DNA of 64,000 nucleotides from an uncultured delta proteobacterium (GCA_963787125.1 CAWBBV010000024.1:1-64000); one strand, 5' to 3'. Positions 7,849 to 17,860 are shown, counted from the first letter of the stretch. The notes: generated by a model not told the origin, from the sequence alone. Numbers and translations: made by a program.

Positions 7849-10467
7849 ATGGGAGACGAACAGAACACTAGGGGCGACAAGACCGTATTCAGGGCTCTTG
7901 GACTCGGCGGCTTTTATGGCGGCGGAGCTGAGGGGATGATCGATGTCAAGGACGGGAAAATTTTGCGGGTAAGACCGTTCCGCTTTGACCACAAGTACAA
8001 GCGTGAAGAGGTTCGTACCTGGAAATTTGAAAAGAACGGTAAGACACTTGAGCCGACCTGGAAGTCGATGCCGTCGCCATTTTCCCTTTCCTACAAGAAG
8101 CGGGTCTACTCGCCCAACCGGATCAAATACCCTCTCATCAGGGTTGACTGGGATCCAAACGGTGAGCGCAATCCGCAGAATCGCGGCAAGAGCAAGTATC
8201 GAAGAATTTCCTGGGATGAAGTTACCGACATCATTGCCAGTGAAATCAAGAGAGTCCATGCAACCTATGGCGTCAACGCCATTCTGATGCAGGGTGACGG
8301 TCACGGCGAGTGCAAAACCATTAATACACCCCATGGTCAGCCCGGTATCCTTCTGGATCATATGGGCGGCTTTACCCTCCAGGTTCGCAATGCCGACAGC
8401 TGGGAAGGGTGGTACTGGGGCGCCAAGCACGTCTGGGGGCAGGGTGTCCAGGGGATGTACTGGCCCGCTCACAACATCGTCAAGGACTCCACCGATCATT
8501 CGGAGATGGTGCTTTTCTGGGGTTGCGATCCGGAAACAACCCCCTGGGGCTTTACCGGCCAGTTCTGCAGCAAGCTGATGTATTTCTGGAAAGATATCGG
8601 TATCAAGCAGGTCTACATCTGTCCGGATCTCAACTACGGCGCGGCCATTCATGCCGACAAGTGGATTCCGGTTCTCCCCAATACTGATGCGGCGCTGCAG
8701 CTGGCGATCGCCTGGCTCTGGATCAAGGAAGGGACCTACGACAAGGAGTATGTGGAGACCCATGTCGTCGGCTTTGACAAGTTTTCCGATTACGTCATGG
8801 GGCAGGAGGATGGTATCCCCAAGACTCCGGAATGGGCCGCGACCAAGTGCGGTGTGCCCGAGTGGACCATCAAGGCTTTGGCCCGTGAGTTTGCCCGTAA
8901 GGTGACTTCAATTGCCCACTATTTCGGCGGCGGTTATATCCGTGGCCCCTGGTCCCATGAACCGGCTCGTCTGGAGGTCTGCCTACTCGGTATGCAGGGA
9001 CTGGGCAAGCCTGGCGTTCATCAGCATCAGCTTTCCTATTTCGGCATGCCGCGGATGGAAGGGCTCACCGGCACCTCCTTCTGGAACCCGGAGATCATGG
9101 AGCGGTTGGCGCTGCCGGTGCTCTCCTCGGTCGCCAACTGGCAGGAGTCGTGTCTCCCCAAAACCCTGGTGCATAAAGCGCTCGTCTCCGAAGTGCCGTT
9201 GAAATTCATGGGAACCGGCGCTATTGAAGGCTCGGTTGCTTCCCAGTTCAAAGAGCATACATTCCCGCTGCAGACCAAGGAAGGTGCCCGGATCCGGATG
9301 ATCTGGACTGATACCCCCTGCCGCACGACCTGCTGGAACGGCGGCAATGAAACCGAAGAGGCGCTCCTCAGTCCGGAAGTGGAGTTCATCCTTGCCCAGC
9401 ACCCCTGGCTGGAGAATGACTGTCTCTTCTCGGATATTATCCTGCCGGCCAACACCCATATGGAGGTGGAGGATATCGTCACCAACATCCGTCAGGGTGG
9501 CCAGTTTGCCGACGTCATGCTTTGTCACCAGGCGATTGAGCCGGTTGGCGAATCCAAGAGCGATTTCGAAGTCGTCCTGGAGATCGCCAAGAAGCTCGGT
9601 TATGGTGATCTGGTTTCTGAAGGGGGGGTCACTACCGAGGAGATTCAGAAGAAAGTCTTCGAGTACATGAATCTGGACAAGATGACGACCTGGGAGGATT
9701 TCAAGGAGAAAGGGTACTACCTTTACCAGGCGGCCGAAGACTGGGAGACTGATCCTGCAGGCTTCAGCCGTTTTGCGGACAACCCGGAAAAGAGTCCGCT
9801 GGGGACCCCGTCACGCAAGCTGGAATTTTATTCGGAACGGTTGGCCAAGCACTTCCCGGACGACAAGGAAAGGCCGCCAAGTCCCCAGTGGATCGAAAAA
9901 AGCGAGATGCACGACGAGCGTCTTTCCAGCGTCAGAACCAAGGATTTTCCGCTGCTGCTCATGTCCAATCATGGCAGATGGCGGGTTCACTCCCAGTGCG
10001 ACGATATAACCTGGACACGGGAAACCCCGACCATGAAGGTGACCGGTCACGACGGCTACAAATACGAGCCGATCTGGCTTCATACCTCCGAGGCGGAAAA
10101 GCGCGGCATCAAGTCCGGCGATATCATCAAGATCTTCAATGAGCGCGGTATTGTTCTCGGCGGCGCCTACGTCACCGAGCGGCTGCGGCCGGGGGTCGCC
10201 TACATCGACCACGGGGCGCGTATCGATCCGATTATCCCTGGGAAAGTTGACCGTGGCGGGGCTATCAATACCATCTCCCCTGACGGGGTTACTTCCAAGA
10301 ATGCGGTCGGCCAGGCTACCAGCGGTTATCTGGTTGAGGTCGGCAAAGTGACGGCGCATGAATGGGAAGAGTGGCGTAATGAAAATCCGGCGGCCTTCGA
10401 GCGGCCGTATGATTCAGATGCAGGCCTGCGTTTTGATGCGTGGGTCGTTAAGGAGGAGAAGAAATGA
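7849..10467 (+). CDS. Molybdopterin (bis-MGD) oxidoreductase large subunit, pyrogallol-phloroglucinol transhydroxylase (AthL)-like
   Basis: AAGGAGG RBS before ATG 7849. WDPNGERNPQNRG, DSWEGWYWGAKHVWG (Mo-ligating Ser), DGIPKTPEWA, ..NHGRWRVHSQ. No Tat leader and no N-terminal Fe-S motif. Confidence 0.85.
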   Translation: MGDEQNTRGDKTVFRALGLGGFYGGGAEGMIDVKDGKILRVRPFRFDHKYKREEVRTWKFEKNGKTLEPTWKSMPSPFSLSYKKRVYSPNRIKYPLIRVDWDPNGERNPQNRGKSKYRRISWDEVTDIIASEIKRVHATYGVNAILMQGDGHGECKTINTPHGQPGILLDHMGGFTLQVRNADSWEGWYWGAKHVWGQGVQGMYWPAHNIVKDSTDHSEMVLFWGCDPETTPWGFTGQFCSKLMYFWKDIGIKQVYICPDLNYGAAIHADKWIPVLPNTDAALQLAIAWLWIKEGTYDKEYVETHVVGFDKFSDYVMGQEDGIPKTPEWAATKCGVPEWTIKALAREFARKVTSIAHYFGGGYIRGPWSHEPARLEVCLLGMQGLGKPGVHQHQLSYFGMPRMEGLTGTSFWNPEIMERLALPVLSSVANWQESCLPKTLVHKALVSEVPLKFMGTGAIEGSVASQFKEHTFPLQTKEGARIRMIWTDTPCRTTCWNGGNETEEALLSPEVEFILAQHPWLENDCLFSDIILPANTHMEVEDIVTNIRQGGQFADVMLCHQAIEPVGESKSDFEVVLEIAKKLGYGDLVSEGGVTTEEIQKKVFEYMNLDKMTTWEDFKEKGYYLYQAAEDWETDPAGFSRFADNPEKSPLGTPSRKLEFYSERLAKHFPDDKERPPSPQWIEKSEMHDERLSSVRTKDFPLLLMSNHGRWRVHSQCDDITWTRETPTMKVTGHDGYKYEPIWLHTSEAEKRGIKSGDIIKIFNERGIVLGGAYVTERLRPGVAYIDHGARIDPIIPGKVDRGGAINTISPDGVTSKNAVGQATSGYLVEVGKVTAHEWEEWRNENPAAFERPYDSDAGLRFDAWVVKEEKK

Positions 10468-11279
10468 AAGCATTTATCGTAGATCTTTCCGTCTGTAACG
10501 GCTGTTACTGTTGTCAGATTGCCTGCAAGGACGAGCATGTGGCCAATGACTGGATGCCCTATGCCAAGCCTCAGCCCGATACCGGCCAGTTCTGGATCAA
10601 GATGGAGGAGCGGACGCGTGGTAGTGTGCCTAAGGTTATGGTCTCCTATGAGCCGAAGTTCTGTCTCCATTGCGATGATGCCGAATGCATGAAAGTCTGT
10701 AAATCGAAAGCGATTACCAGACGCGAAGATGGTCTGATCCTGATTGATCCGGCCAAATGTACCGGCTGCAAACTCTGTGCGGATTACTGCCCCCACGACA
10801 GGATCTTCTTTAACGAAGATCTCAATATGGCGCAGAAGTGCACCGGCTGTGCTCACTTGATCGATGATGGCTGGGATATGCCACGCTGTGTCGACAACTG
10901 CCCGACTGGTGCCCTTAAGTTTGGTGAGGAGGCCAATTTCAAAGAAGAGATCGCCAAGGCCGAGTACAGTGCTGACAACTGCAAAGGGCGGGTCTATTAT
11001 CTCAACAAGCCGAAGAAATTTGTAGCCGGCACAGTGTACGATCCGACCGAAAAAGAGGTGGTGATCGGCGCTACCTGCACCCTGAAGGACCGTTACAGCG
11101 ATTGCACCCTTACCGCTGAGACCGACAACTTCGGTGATTTCTGGTTCAAAGGGGTGCCGGAAGGTGAATTCAACTGTTCGCTGACCATCGAAAAAGATGG
11201 GGTGAAGAAGGAAATAGAGCGGATTGATGCGGAAAAAGATGTTAATCTGGGCGACATAGCGATGCGGTTGGTTAGGTAG
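10464..11279 (+). CDS. Fe-S small subunit (BthL/DmsB-like) with C-terminal beta-sandwich domain
   Basis: Four Cys groups (CNGCYCCQIAC, CLHCDDAECMKVC, CTGCKLCADYC, CTGC..CVDNC). TDNFGDFWF..VNLGDI tail as in transhydroxylase beta subunits. ATGA overlap with the large subunit. Confidence 0.87.
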   Translation: MKAFIVDLSVCNGCYCCQIACKDEHVANDWMPYAKPQPDTGQFWIKMEERTRGSVPKVMVSYEPKFCLHCDDAECMKVCKSKAITRREDGLILIDPAKCTGCKLCADYCPHDRIFFNEDLNMAQKCTGCAHLIDDGWDMPRCVDNCPTGALKFGEEANFKEEIAKAEYSADNCKGRVYYLNKPKKFVAGTVYDPTEKEVVIGATCTLKDRYSDCTLTAETDNFGDFWFKGVPEGEFNCSLTIEKDGVKKEIERIDAEKDVNLGDIAMRLVR

Positions 11280-11280
11280 A

Positions 11281-11340
11281 AGGCTGAAGACTGAAGGCTG
11301 ATGGTTTTACTGATAACCTTCAGCCTTCAGTCTAACAGCT
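11281..11340. repeat. Inverted pair of heptamer tandem repeats (AGGCTGA/AGACTGA ... CCTTCAG)
   Basis: aggctgaagactgaaggctga ... ccttcagccttcagtctaacagct folds into an imperfect hairpin. Confidence 0.6.
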
Positions 11341-11360
11341 GTTTTTTAGAGGAGTTTCTC

Positions 11361-12995
11361 ATGGCACATCATGACGTGATAATCCTTCACCCCCCGGCAC
11401 TTTATGATTTCCGCACAATGCCGTTATTCCCGGGTGCGCTGGGCGCTTCTCCCGAACAGGTACAGTTCAATAAAGTACCTATCGGTTCCCTGAGTATCGC
11501 AGAATATCTGGATCGCCACGGTTACCGGGTCATCGTCGATAATCTCTGTGACCGGATGGTGACCAGTCCGACGTTCGCTGCCGACGAGCATCTGCAGAAT
11601 CTGTCGGCAGCGGTTTTTGCCATCGGCCTTCATTTCCAGCAGCATGCCCAGGGGGCACTTGAAGTTGCCCGGCTTTGTAAGCACTATCATCCTGGTTCTC
11701 TGGTTGTCATGGGCGGTCTGACTGCCACCTGTTTTGCCGATGAAATTATCCGGGAGTATGATTTCATTGATGCCGTCATTCGTGCCGAAGCTGAAAAACC
11801 GCTGCTGCAGCTGGTGCAGGCGCTGGAAAAAAACGGCAAGCTTACCGATACCCCGAATTTGACCTACCGTACCAGGGAGGGTGAGATTCGCACTACCCCC
11901 CTTATGCCTGCCAGCACTGATCTTGACGAATTTGAATTCACCCGTTTTGATCTGATTGAACCCAAGACCTCCATTTTCCCCGTGAACGCACCGCCACGCT
12001 GGAGTCTGACCGTCTGCCGCGGCTGCAGCTATAACTGTTCCATTTGCGGTGGTTCAGCCTACACCTACAAAAAATACCTGGGAATGGCCAAACCCGCCTT
12101 TCGCAGTCCGGCCAAGATTATCTCTGATATCAGGAAGATGAACGAACAGGGGATAACCTGCCTTGGCCTCTATCAGGATGCCCGCATGGGGGGACGCAAG
12201 TATTGGCAGGAGCTGTTCGCCGGTCTTGCCAGTGCAGAAATACAGATTGAACGACTGTCTCTGGATCTATTGGTGCCGGCCGATGAAGAGTTTATCCGGG
12301 CTGCGGCGCAGATTGGCAGGCAGCTTTTCATGCATATCTGTCCTGATACCGGCTGTGATGAAGTCCGCCGTCAACTGGGGCGAAATTACACGAACGAGGA
12401 CCTTCTTAATACTGTTGCCATCTGCCATAAATATGGCCTGCCGGTAACCACTTTCTTCTCGGTCGGGCTGGCGGGGGAGACTGCTGAGAATGTCAGGGAA
12501 ACCTGGGATATCTGGGGGAAATTGAGCAAAATGGATCGCGCCGCCCATGCAGCCGGTAAATTCGCCGCCCCCTGTGGCGGGCCGATTGTTGGGCCGATTG
12601 TGCTCGATCCAGGTTCACAGGCCTTTGATCAGCCTGAAGCGTACGGTTACCGGCTCAAATACAAAAATCTCAAGGAGTACGTTGCCGGACTAACGCAGCC
12701 GTCCTGGCACCAATGGCTCAATTACGACACCCCCCAACTCGACAACACGGCGATGGTTGATCAGATCCACTCTACCATGCAATTCGCTGTGGAACAGCGC
12801 TACAGTACCGGTTTTTACGATGATGCCGAAGCCATAGCCGAAAGTGCGCGCACAGCTCTTGACCGGCAGGTGGTGCTGGAAGTCAACAGTATTACAGCTG
12901 TTGATGACAAGCCTAGGCGTGATGCTCTCCTGGCGGCTTTGAAGAAAAAACATGATCAGTTTTTGAATAAGCCGATAGAATCTTTTGTCAGCTAA
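11361..12995 (+). CDS. Cobalamin-binding radical SAM protein
   Basis: GAGGAG RBS before ATG 11361. N-terminal B12-binding domain (PIGSLSIAEYLDRHGY, VVMGGLTAT, IRAEAEKP) and RGCSYNCSICGG (CX3CX2C). Confidence 0.88.
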   Translation: MAHHDVIILHPPALYDFRTMPLFPGALGASPEQVQFNKVPIGSLSIAEYLDRHGYRVIVDNLCDRMVTSPTFAADEHLQNLSAAVFAIGLHFQQHAQGALEVARLCKHYHPGSLVVMGGLTATCFADEIIREYDFIDAVIRAEAEKPLLQLVQALEKNGKLTDTPNLTYRTREGEIRTTPLMPASTDLDEFEFTRFDLIEPKTSIFPVNAPPRWSLTVCRGCSYNCSICGGSAYTYKKYLGMAKPAFRSPAKIISDIRKMNEQGITCLGLYQDARMGGRKYWQELFAGLASAEIQIERLSLDLLVPADEEFIRAAAQIGRQLFMHICPDTGCDEVRRQLGRNYTNEDLLNTVAICHKYGLPVTTFFSVGLAGETAENVRETWDIWGKLSKMDRAAHAAGKFAAPCGGPIVGPIVLDPGSQAFDQPEAYGYRLKYKNLKEYVAGLTQPSWHQWLNYDTPQLDNTAMVDQIHSTMQFAVEQRYSTGFYDDAEAIAESARTALDRQVVLEVNSITAVDDKPRRDALLAALKKKHDQFLNKPIESFVS

Positions 12996-13001
12996 ATTAT
13001 A

Positions 13002-13050
13002 TTGACTTACAGTAAATTCAACCTATAATTGCATGTAATATTGCATGCAA
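13002..13050 (+). promoter_or_regulatory. Sigma-70 promoter with overlapping 22-bp palindromic operator
   Basis: TTGACT (13002), 16-nt spacer, TATAAT (13024). Palindrome ttgcatgtaatattgcatgcaa at 13029-13050 has one mismatched pair. Confidence 0.6.
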
Positions 13051-13098
13051 GATTTATTGCGTGAGTTTCTGCAAAGCCGAAGCTGGTAGGAGAGGGGA

Positions 13099-14289
13099 AT
13101 GAAGTTTAACGTCGAAAGTGCAGGCTTTACCGCTCTATTGGGGGCCATAACCGCTCTGGCAGCCCTCTCGGTAGACTTGAGCCTGCCAGTTTTGCCGACC
13201 ATGACGAATGATTTGTCTGCCGGCAAAGCGGCAGCGCACCTGACAATATCGCTTTTTGTGCTAGGTTTCGCCGGAGGTCAGATCTTCCTCGGGCCACTCT
13301 CAGATCGTGTTGGCCGCAGACCGGTGCTGTTGTGCGGATTAATAGCGTATATAATTGCTGGAATCGGTTGTGCACTGGCACCAACAGTCATGGTGCTGGT
13401 CGCTATGCGTTTTTTGCAGGGGATCAGTGCTTGCGCGGGGGCGGTTGTTTCCCGGGCGATTATCCGTGATGTCTTTGATCGACCATCGGCAGCTGCAAAG
13501 CAGTCGATGTTGACCGTAGTGACAACTTTGGCAATGCTGATAGCGCCGATTGTGGGTGCTTGGCTGCTGGGAATAACCGGCTGGCGCGGCGTGTTTTCTC
13601 TGCTGCCTCTCGCGGGAGTTGTTATTCTGATCCTGACGTTGCTGATGATTCCTGAGACCCGCCCTGAAACGGTCGGCCTGAGGATGGGAGTGCTGCAGGC
13701 CTACCTCCTGGTGGTGCGCGAGCCGCTTACTATCGGCAACGCTCTTGTGGCCGCCTTCATTTTTGCAGGATTGTTTGTCTTCATCGCCGATTCATCAACG
13801 GTCTTTATTCGCACACTGGGAGTTACCCCGCAAGCTTACAGCTGGATGTTCGCTATTGTCGCTTTCGGCCAGCTCTGCGGTTCACTCCTCAACAGGATGC
13901 TGGCAATGCGTATTGCGCCAATCCGCTTGATGAGGGTAGGGGGTGGATTGACGGTACTGGCGACTGCACTGATTGCTATTTTCGCCCTTTGGCCAGTAAA
14001 TACCTATGTTTTTGTCCTGGCGATTGCCCTTTACACCTTTGCTTTGGGGATGACTAATCCTAACGCCATTGTTGCTGCCATGATGCCGTTTCCTCAGTAT
14101 GCAGGGGCTGCTTCGGCTGTTATCGGCTTTCTCTATTTTCTCATGGCCAGTATCGGCTCTTCTCTGTCCGGTTATCTGATGCCGGGCACTGTCAAGGGGA
14201 TGCTGGGGATCATGGCAGGATTTGGAGTCGCCGGACTTACTGTTTTTGTTGCCCTTGAGATATATCAGTACAAGCTGCAAAAGAGATGA
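13099..14289 (+). CDS. Bcr/CflA-family multidrug efflux MFS transporter
   Basis: LSVDLSLPVLP, GPLSDRVGRRPVLL (MFS motif A), RFLQG..A..SRAIIRD, IPETRP; 12 TM helices. Confidence 0.92.
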   Translation: MKFNVESAGFTALLGAITALAALSVDLSLPVLPTMTNDLSAGKAAAHLTISLFVLGFAGGQIFLGPLSDRVGRRPVLLCGLIAYIIAGIGCALAPTVMVLVAMRFLQGISACAGAVVSRAIIRDVFDRPSAAAKQSMLTVVTTLAMLIAPIVGAWLLGITGWRGVFSLLPLAGVVILILTLLMIPETRPETVGLRMGVLQAYLLVVREPLTIGNALVAAFIFAGLFVFIADSSTVFIRTLGVTPQAYSWMFAIVAFGQLCGSLLNRMLAMRIAPIRLMRVGGGLTVLATALIAIFALWPVNTYVFVLAIALYTFALGMTNPNAIVAAMMPFPQYAGAASAVIGFLYFLMASIGSSLSGYLMPGTVKGMLGIMAGFGVAGLTVFVALEIYQYKLQKR

Positions 14290-14350
14290 GGCCTGACCTG
14301 ACTCATAAACAGCTGAATAAATTTCCCGATAAGTCCCAATGGGGTAAAAC

Positions 14351-14878
14351 GTGAATCATTTTTTTCACCAGATGATCATCACCTTTCATCACATCATAAG
14401 TGAGCAGTCCGGTAATGATGTCACTATTGCCCGCGCTAAAACAATGGTCGCGCTGGTAAGCCTGACCTGGCCGGAGAAGGGGATCGTCGTAAGCCATCAG
14501 ACTACCGGTCAGGGGCGGATCATCTGGAAGTCTGAAGACTTTGAAGCTCTGAGTATGGGTGGGTCATTCCGCCGCGATCCGGTTGGTGACGATGCGTCGC
14601 TGGTTATCGATGAGGACGAAGTGTGGGAAAAGGTAATGCTTGCTGAAATGAGTGAGTGTGCTGAGTTTATCCCTCTCTTTGGCAGGCAACGTCTGGAGCG
14701 CTTCAATCGTGCTTTAGCCGAACTGCACAACTATAGAAGCAGAAAGGCTTCACTCCCCCTGCCTGAAAGCGACACCTGCCCGGAAAATCTCAATTCTGAC
14801 GAGTATCAACAGCTATATGACTGGCTCCTGCGGCATGAGACGATAACTGTTGATGGCGAGTGGAAGTGTCCGGTTTAG
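14351..14878 (+). CDS. Hypothetical protein (start uncertain)
   Basis: 175-aa ORF with plausible composition that fills the gap; no recognised motif. Confidence 0.45.
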   Translation: MNHFFHQMIITFHHIISEQSGNDVTIARAKTMVALVSLTWPEKGIVVSHQTTGQGRIIWKSEDFEALSMGGSFRRDPVGDDASLVIDEDEVWEKVMLAEMSECAEFIPLFGRQRLERFNRALAELHNYRSRKASLPLPESDTCPENLNSDEYQQLYDWLLRHETITVDGEWKCPV

Positions 14879-15030
14879 TAGTTTTCGTGCAACTTCCTGC
14901 CGCTACTCAAAATAGATATCCTCGATTGTCTTTTAGTGCGGGCAGATTACTTCAACACAAAGGAGCCGACAGTTAAGTCTGGCCCCTTTGCGTTGCACTA
15001 AGATTCTCTTGTTTTACCTGCAAACCTTTC

Positions 15031-15336
15031 TTATTTACCAAAAGCAGAAAGCAGTTGCTGTAACATCTGAGGGGCGTTGGACTTGATCGACCCGCCCATG
15101 AAGTCCATGATCCCTGGTCGGTAGCCTTCGTTACAGATCCTGTTAAACATCTTTGCGTCTGTTTTGCAGATGCAATCCGCTTCTTCCACTGTCTTGCCAT
15201 CCTCGACTTTACAGCTATCGACGTCAAGAGTAAGGGTCTTCTTGACGTCATCTATCGAGAAATAAAAAGTTGTCGGAATGGTGAAAACTCCGCTCTGGTA
15301 GCTGCCCAGCAAGTTGCTGAAGGTTTCTTCTGTCAT
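15031..15336 (-). CDS. SCP2 sterol/lipid-binding domain protein
   Basis: TFYFSID...CKVEDGK..EADCICKT...MDFMGGSIKSN pattern. AAGGAG RBS. Last gene of the fadL-lipase unit. Confidence 0.75.
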   Translation of the reverse strand: MTEETFSNLLGSYQSGVFTIPTTFYFSIDDVKKTLTLDVDSCKVEDGKTVEEADCICKTDAKMFNRICNEGYRPGIMDFMGGSIKSNAPQMLQQLLSAFGK

Positions 15337-15374
15337 TTACGTCTCCTTGTTCCAAATATTGTCCCGCTCAATGT

Positions 15375-15400
15375 TAAGGCGGAGCCGGAGCTCCGCCTTA
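15375..15400. other. Intergenic hairpin between the lipase and SCP2 genes
   Basis: taaggcggag-ccggag-ctccgcctta, a perfect 10-bp stem. Confidence 0.5.
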
Positions 15401-15427
15401 GGTGTATGAAGTTATGAATAGTAAGCT

Positions 15428-17860
15428 TTAGTAACCGAGGATATTAATTACTTTCGGGAGAAGAATCTCTCTTGTCAGCCCTGCCGGTACTGCAGCTAAA
15501 GATTTCGGCAGAGTTGAAGTCGGACTTGTAGGATCTGCTACGATTCCGGCTAAAAGGAAATAGACCATCTGTTTCTGGCCCATGCCGGTCGACGTTGCAG
15601 AGCCGGTAGGGTCAAGCAGGAAACCGTGAGAAATGCCGGTTTGATCGAACTGGAAGTACCCTTGTGTTGGTGTTGTAGCTGTCGCAGCTGACGCCGCAAA
15701 GTCTACTTTTGGTGCAAGTGCACCACTTAGTATGGTGTACATGAAGTTTGCCGGTATGCGTGGTAAAGCAGCACCATTGTAGCCAAGTTGCTTGAACCCT
15801 GGGCCAACCGCTGAGCCTGCGGCTCCCAAGACTTCTCTGCCGCCTAGAGCATTTCCGAAGTAACGGGTGTAGGGATTTGTTATGACCAGGTCGCCGTTAG
15901 TAGGTGTTACACCATCAGCAGCAAATGTAGTGCTGGTCGCTTCCTGAATTGCCAAGCGTCCGGAAAGCCTTGACGGCAGGCCTGTTGCCAGAGGGGTAGT
16001 CATAGTTGCCGGGTCAATTGGGTCAACTACAGATTGAGTGACCTGGAAGAAGTTGTGATAAGTCGGGGAGTCGGTAACAATTCCCTTTGCAGCAAGACCG
16101 GCATTAACACTTGGTCCGAACGAAGGGCTGTTCTGAATCAGGTAGGCGGTTCGACCACCTGGAACACTGAGGAAGCCTTTCATGTCGTTATTAAGTGATG
16201 CCTGGGTGTATGGAGCAACCGGAGCAGCTGGCGGCACGGTTGCTGGTGTCAGGGTTGTATTGCCAGCCAGATAGTAAGCGCCAACTATGGAGCCGAGACT
16301 GACACCAACAAACTTGGTCTCCGTCGGAGGGGCTGCGCCGATTCCGGCCAAGGCAAACCCGCCGGTTTTAAGAGTAAATTCAAGCCGATTGAGGTTAAAT
16401 GCTGCCTGCTGGACGTTGGAGCGTGTTGCCAGCGGTGCGCCGATGGCCATAAAGTCCTGACCCCAGAGAGCTCCGGATGTATGACCTGGAACAGCCAGAG
16501 CACCGTGCAATGGCAGATCAATGGCAACAACTGCATAACCTTGTCCTGTGAGCGCCCCGGCTACTGCCAGAACATCTTCTTTCTGGCGGGTGATTCCGTG
16601 CTGGAAAATAATAATTTTTCCGTTAGGTGTTGTTGGCGTCAAGTAGATGAAAGGTACCGTTCTGGTAACGTGATAGAAACCGGTTAAAGCGGCTCCATTG
16701 CGGAAGCTCTGTACTACACCGGCAGCAGGGTTGTAGGCACCGGTGACAGAAGTAAGATCTATAGAAGCTGCATTTGCTGTTGCTTTGGCCACAACTGGAT
16801 CTATGGAGAGTTCTGCACTGTTGATGGAACCGGTTACAACGCTGCTGAGTGTAGTTGGAGCTGTTCCTGGAGCGCCAGCCGCAGCCCAGTAGGTAGCGCC
16901 GGGGATGGTTGTGGCGCCGGTAACTGCATTTGTCCAGGTTTTTCCTGAAAGCCCACCTGGAAGTCCACCAGCTGCAAAGGCTCGGAGAGCGGATTCCATC
17001 GGAATGCGGGAAGTGGTCTGAGTGGTTGAGTTGGTAGCATCTGTAGGGATGTAGCCGGCGCCGGTGGTGATGAAGCGCCCGAGAAGAGCGATCTCATCGC
17101 GACTTGTAATGGTTGTAGTGGTTGACTTGGTAATCAGATCATCCATAACTTTTGCATAGCCAGAAAGGAGAATGTTGCCACCACTTGTGACGTTGGCACG
17201 GATTGGTTCCAGCGCCGCAAAAGGGCCGACAAGCGGGAATGTTGATTTAAGCATGTCAAAATAGGAAGAGCTGACAACCGGATAGCCGGTGGCGGCGTCC
17301 TTCACCCGATTGCTGACTACGTAAAGATAGCGGAGACCAGGAGTCATCGGGAAGTTGGGGAACATAAAAAGATCAGTACTACCGGCGCTATACTTGAGTG
17401 TGAACATTCCGGTTACATCAGTAAAATCGAGAATGCCGTTTTCTGTGCCGGCACTGTCCGGCGTCAACTGAAATACTTTGACGTTGGCAGCGGTTACCGT
17501 TGCAGCGTCAACCGGGGTTGAGAATCTGATGTAAACAGGTGCATTCAGACCGGCAACTGCATTGGTGGAGCCTACTTCATACTTGTTGACATACGCCAGC
17601 GCTTCCGGAGGTGTCATGGGAGTGTTGGCTGGACGGGCAACAGTAGCCCCTGTTGAGTCTACGTACTGTGTCAGCGGATCTTTGGCAGTTGCTGTTGCAA
17701 GAATGTTGGGTAACGGGATTGCACCGGTAGTCGGGTTGAAGATGACCTGATTGCCGGTAACGTTAGCGGGGCTATCGGTGCCTGACGGATCTGAACTGGA
17801 ACAGCCTGTCACCAGTATAAAGCCGACATATATCATAAAGCGCAGAATATGTGTTTTCAT
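15428..17860 (-). CDS. Lipoprotein alpha/beta-hydrolase, Pla-1/Cef-like extracellular lipase
   Basis: Lipobox LVTGC. FNPTTGAIPLPN N-domain, IIIFQHGITRQKE, VVAIDLPLHG, nucleophile elbow GVSLG, DPIDP. Start placed at MKTHIL after a GAGGGA RBS. Confidence 0.8.
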   Translation of the reverse strand: MKTHILRFMIYVGFILVTGCSSSDPSGTDSPANVTGNQVIFNPTTGAIPLPNILATATAKDPLTQYVDSTGATVARPANTPMTPPEALAYVNKYEVGSTNAVAGLNAPVYIRFSTPVDAATVTAANVKVFQLTPDSAGTENGILDFTDVTGMFTLKYSAGSTDLFMFPNFPMTPGLRYLYVVSNRVKDAATGYPVVSSSYFDMLKSTFPLVGPFAALEPIRANVTSGGNILLSGYAKVMDDLITKSTTTTITSRDEIALLGRFITTGAGYIPTDATNSTTQTTSRIPMESALRAFAAGGLPGGLSGKTWTNAVTGATTIPGATYWAAAGAPGTAPTTLSSVVTGSINSAELSIDPVVAKATANAASIDLTSVTGAYNPAAGVVQSFRNGAALTGFYHVTRTVPFIYLTPTTPNGKIIIFQHGITRQKEDVLAVAGALTGQGYAVVAIDLPLHGALAVPGHTSGALWGQDFMAIGAPLATRSNVQQAAFNLNRLEFTLKTGGFALAGIGAAPPTETKFVGVSLGSIVGAYYLAGNTTLTPATVPPAAPVAPYTQASLNNDMKGFLSVPGGRTAYLIQNSPSFGPSVNAGLAAKGIVTDSPTYHNFFQVTQSVVDPIDPATMTTPLATGLPSRLSGRLAIQEATSTTFAADGVTPTNGDLVITNPYTRYFGNALGGREVLGAAGSAVGPGFKQLGYNGAALPRIPANFMYTILSGALAPKVDFAASAATATTPTQGYFQFDQTGISHGFLLDPTGSATSTGMGQKQMVYFLLAGIVADPTSPTSTLPKSLAAVPAGLTREILLPKVINILGY

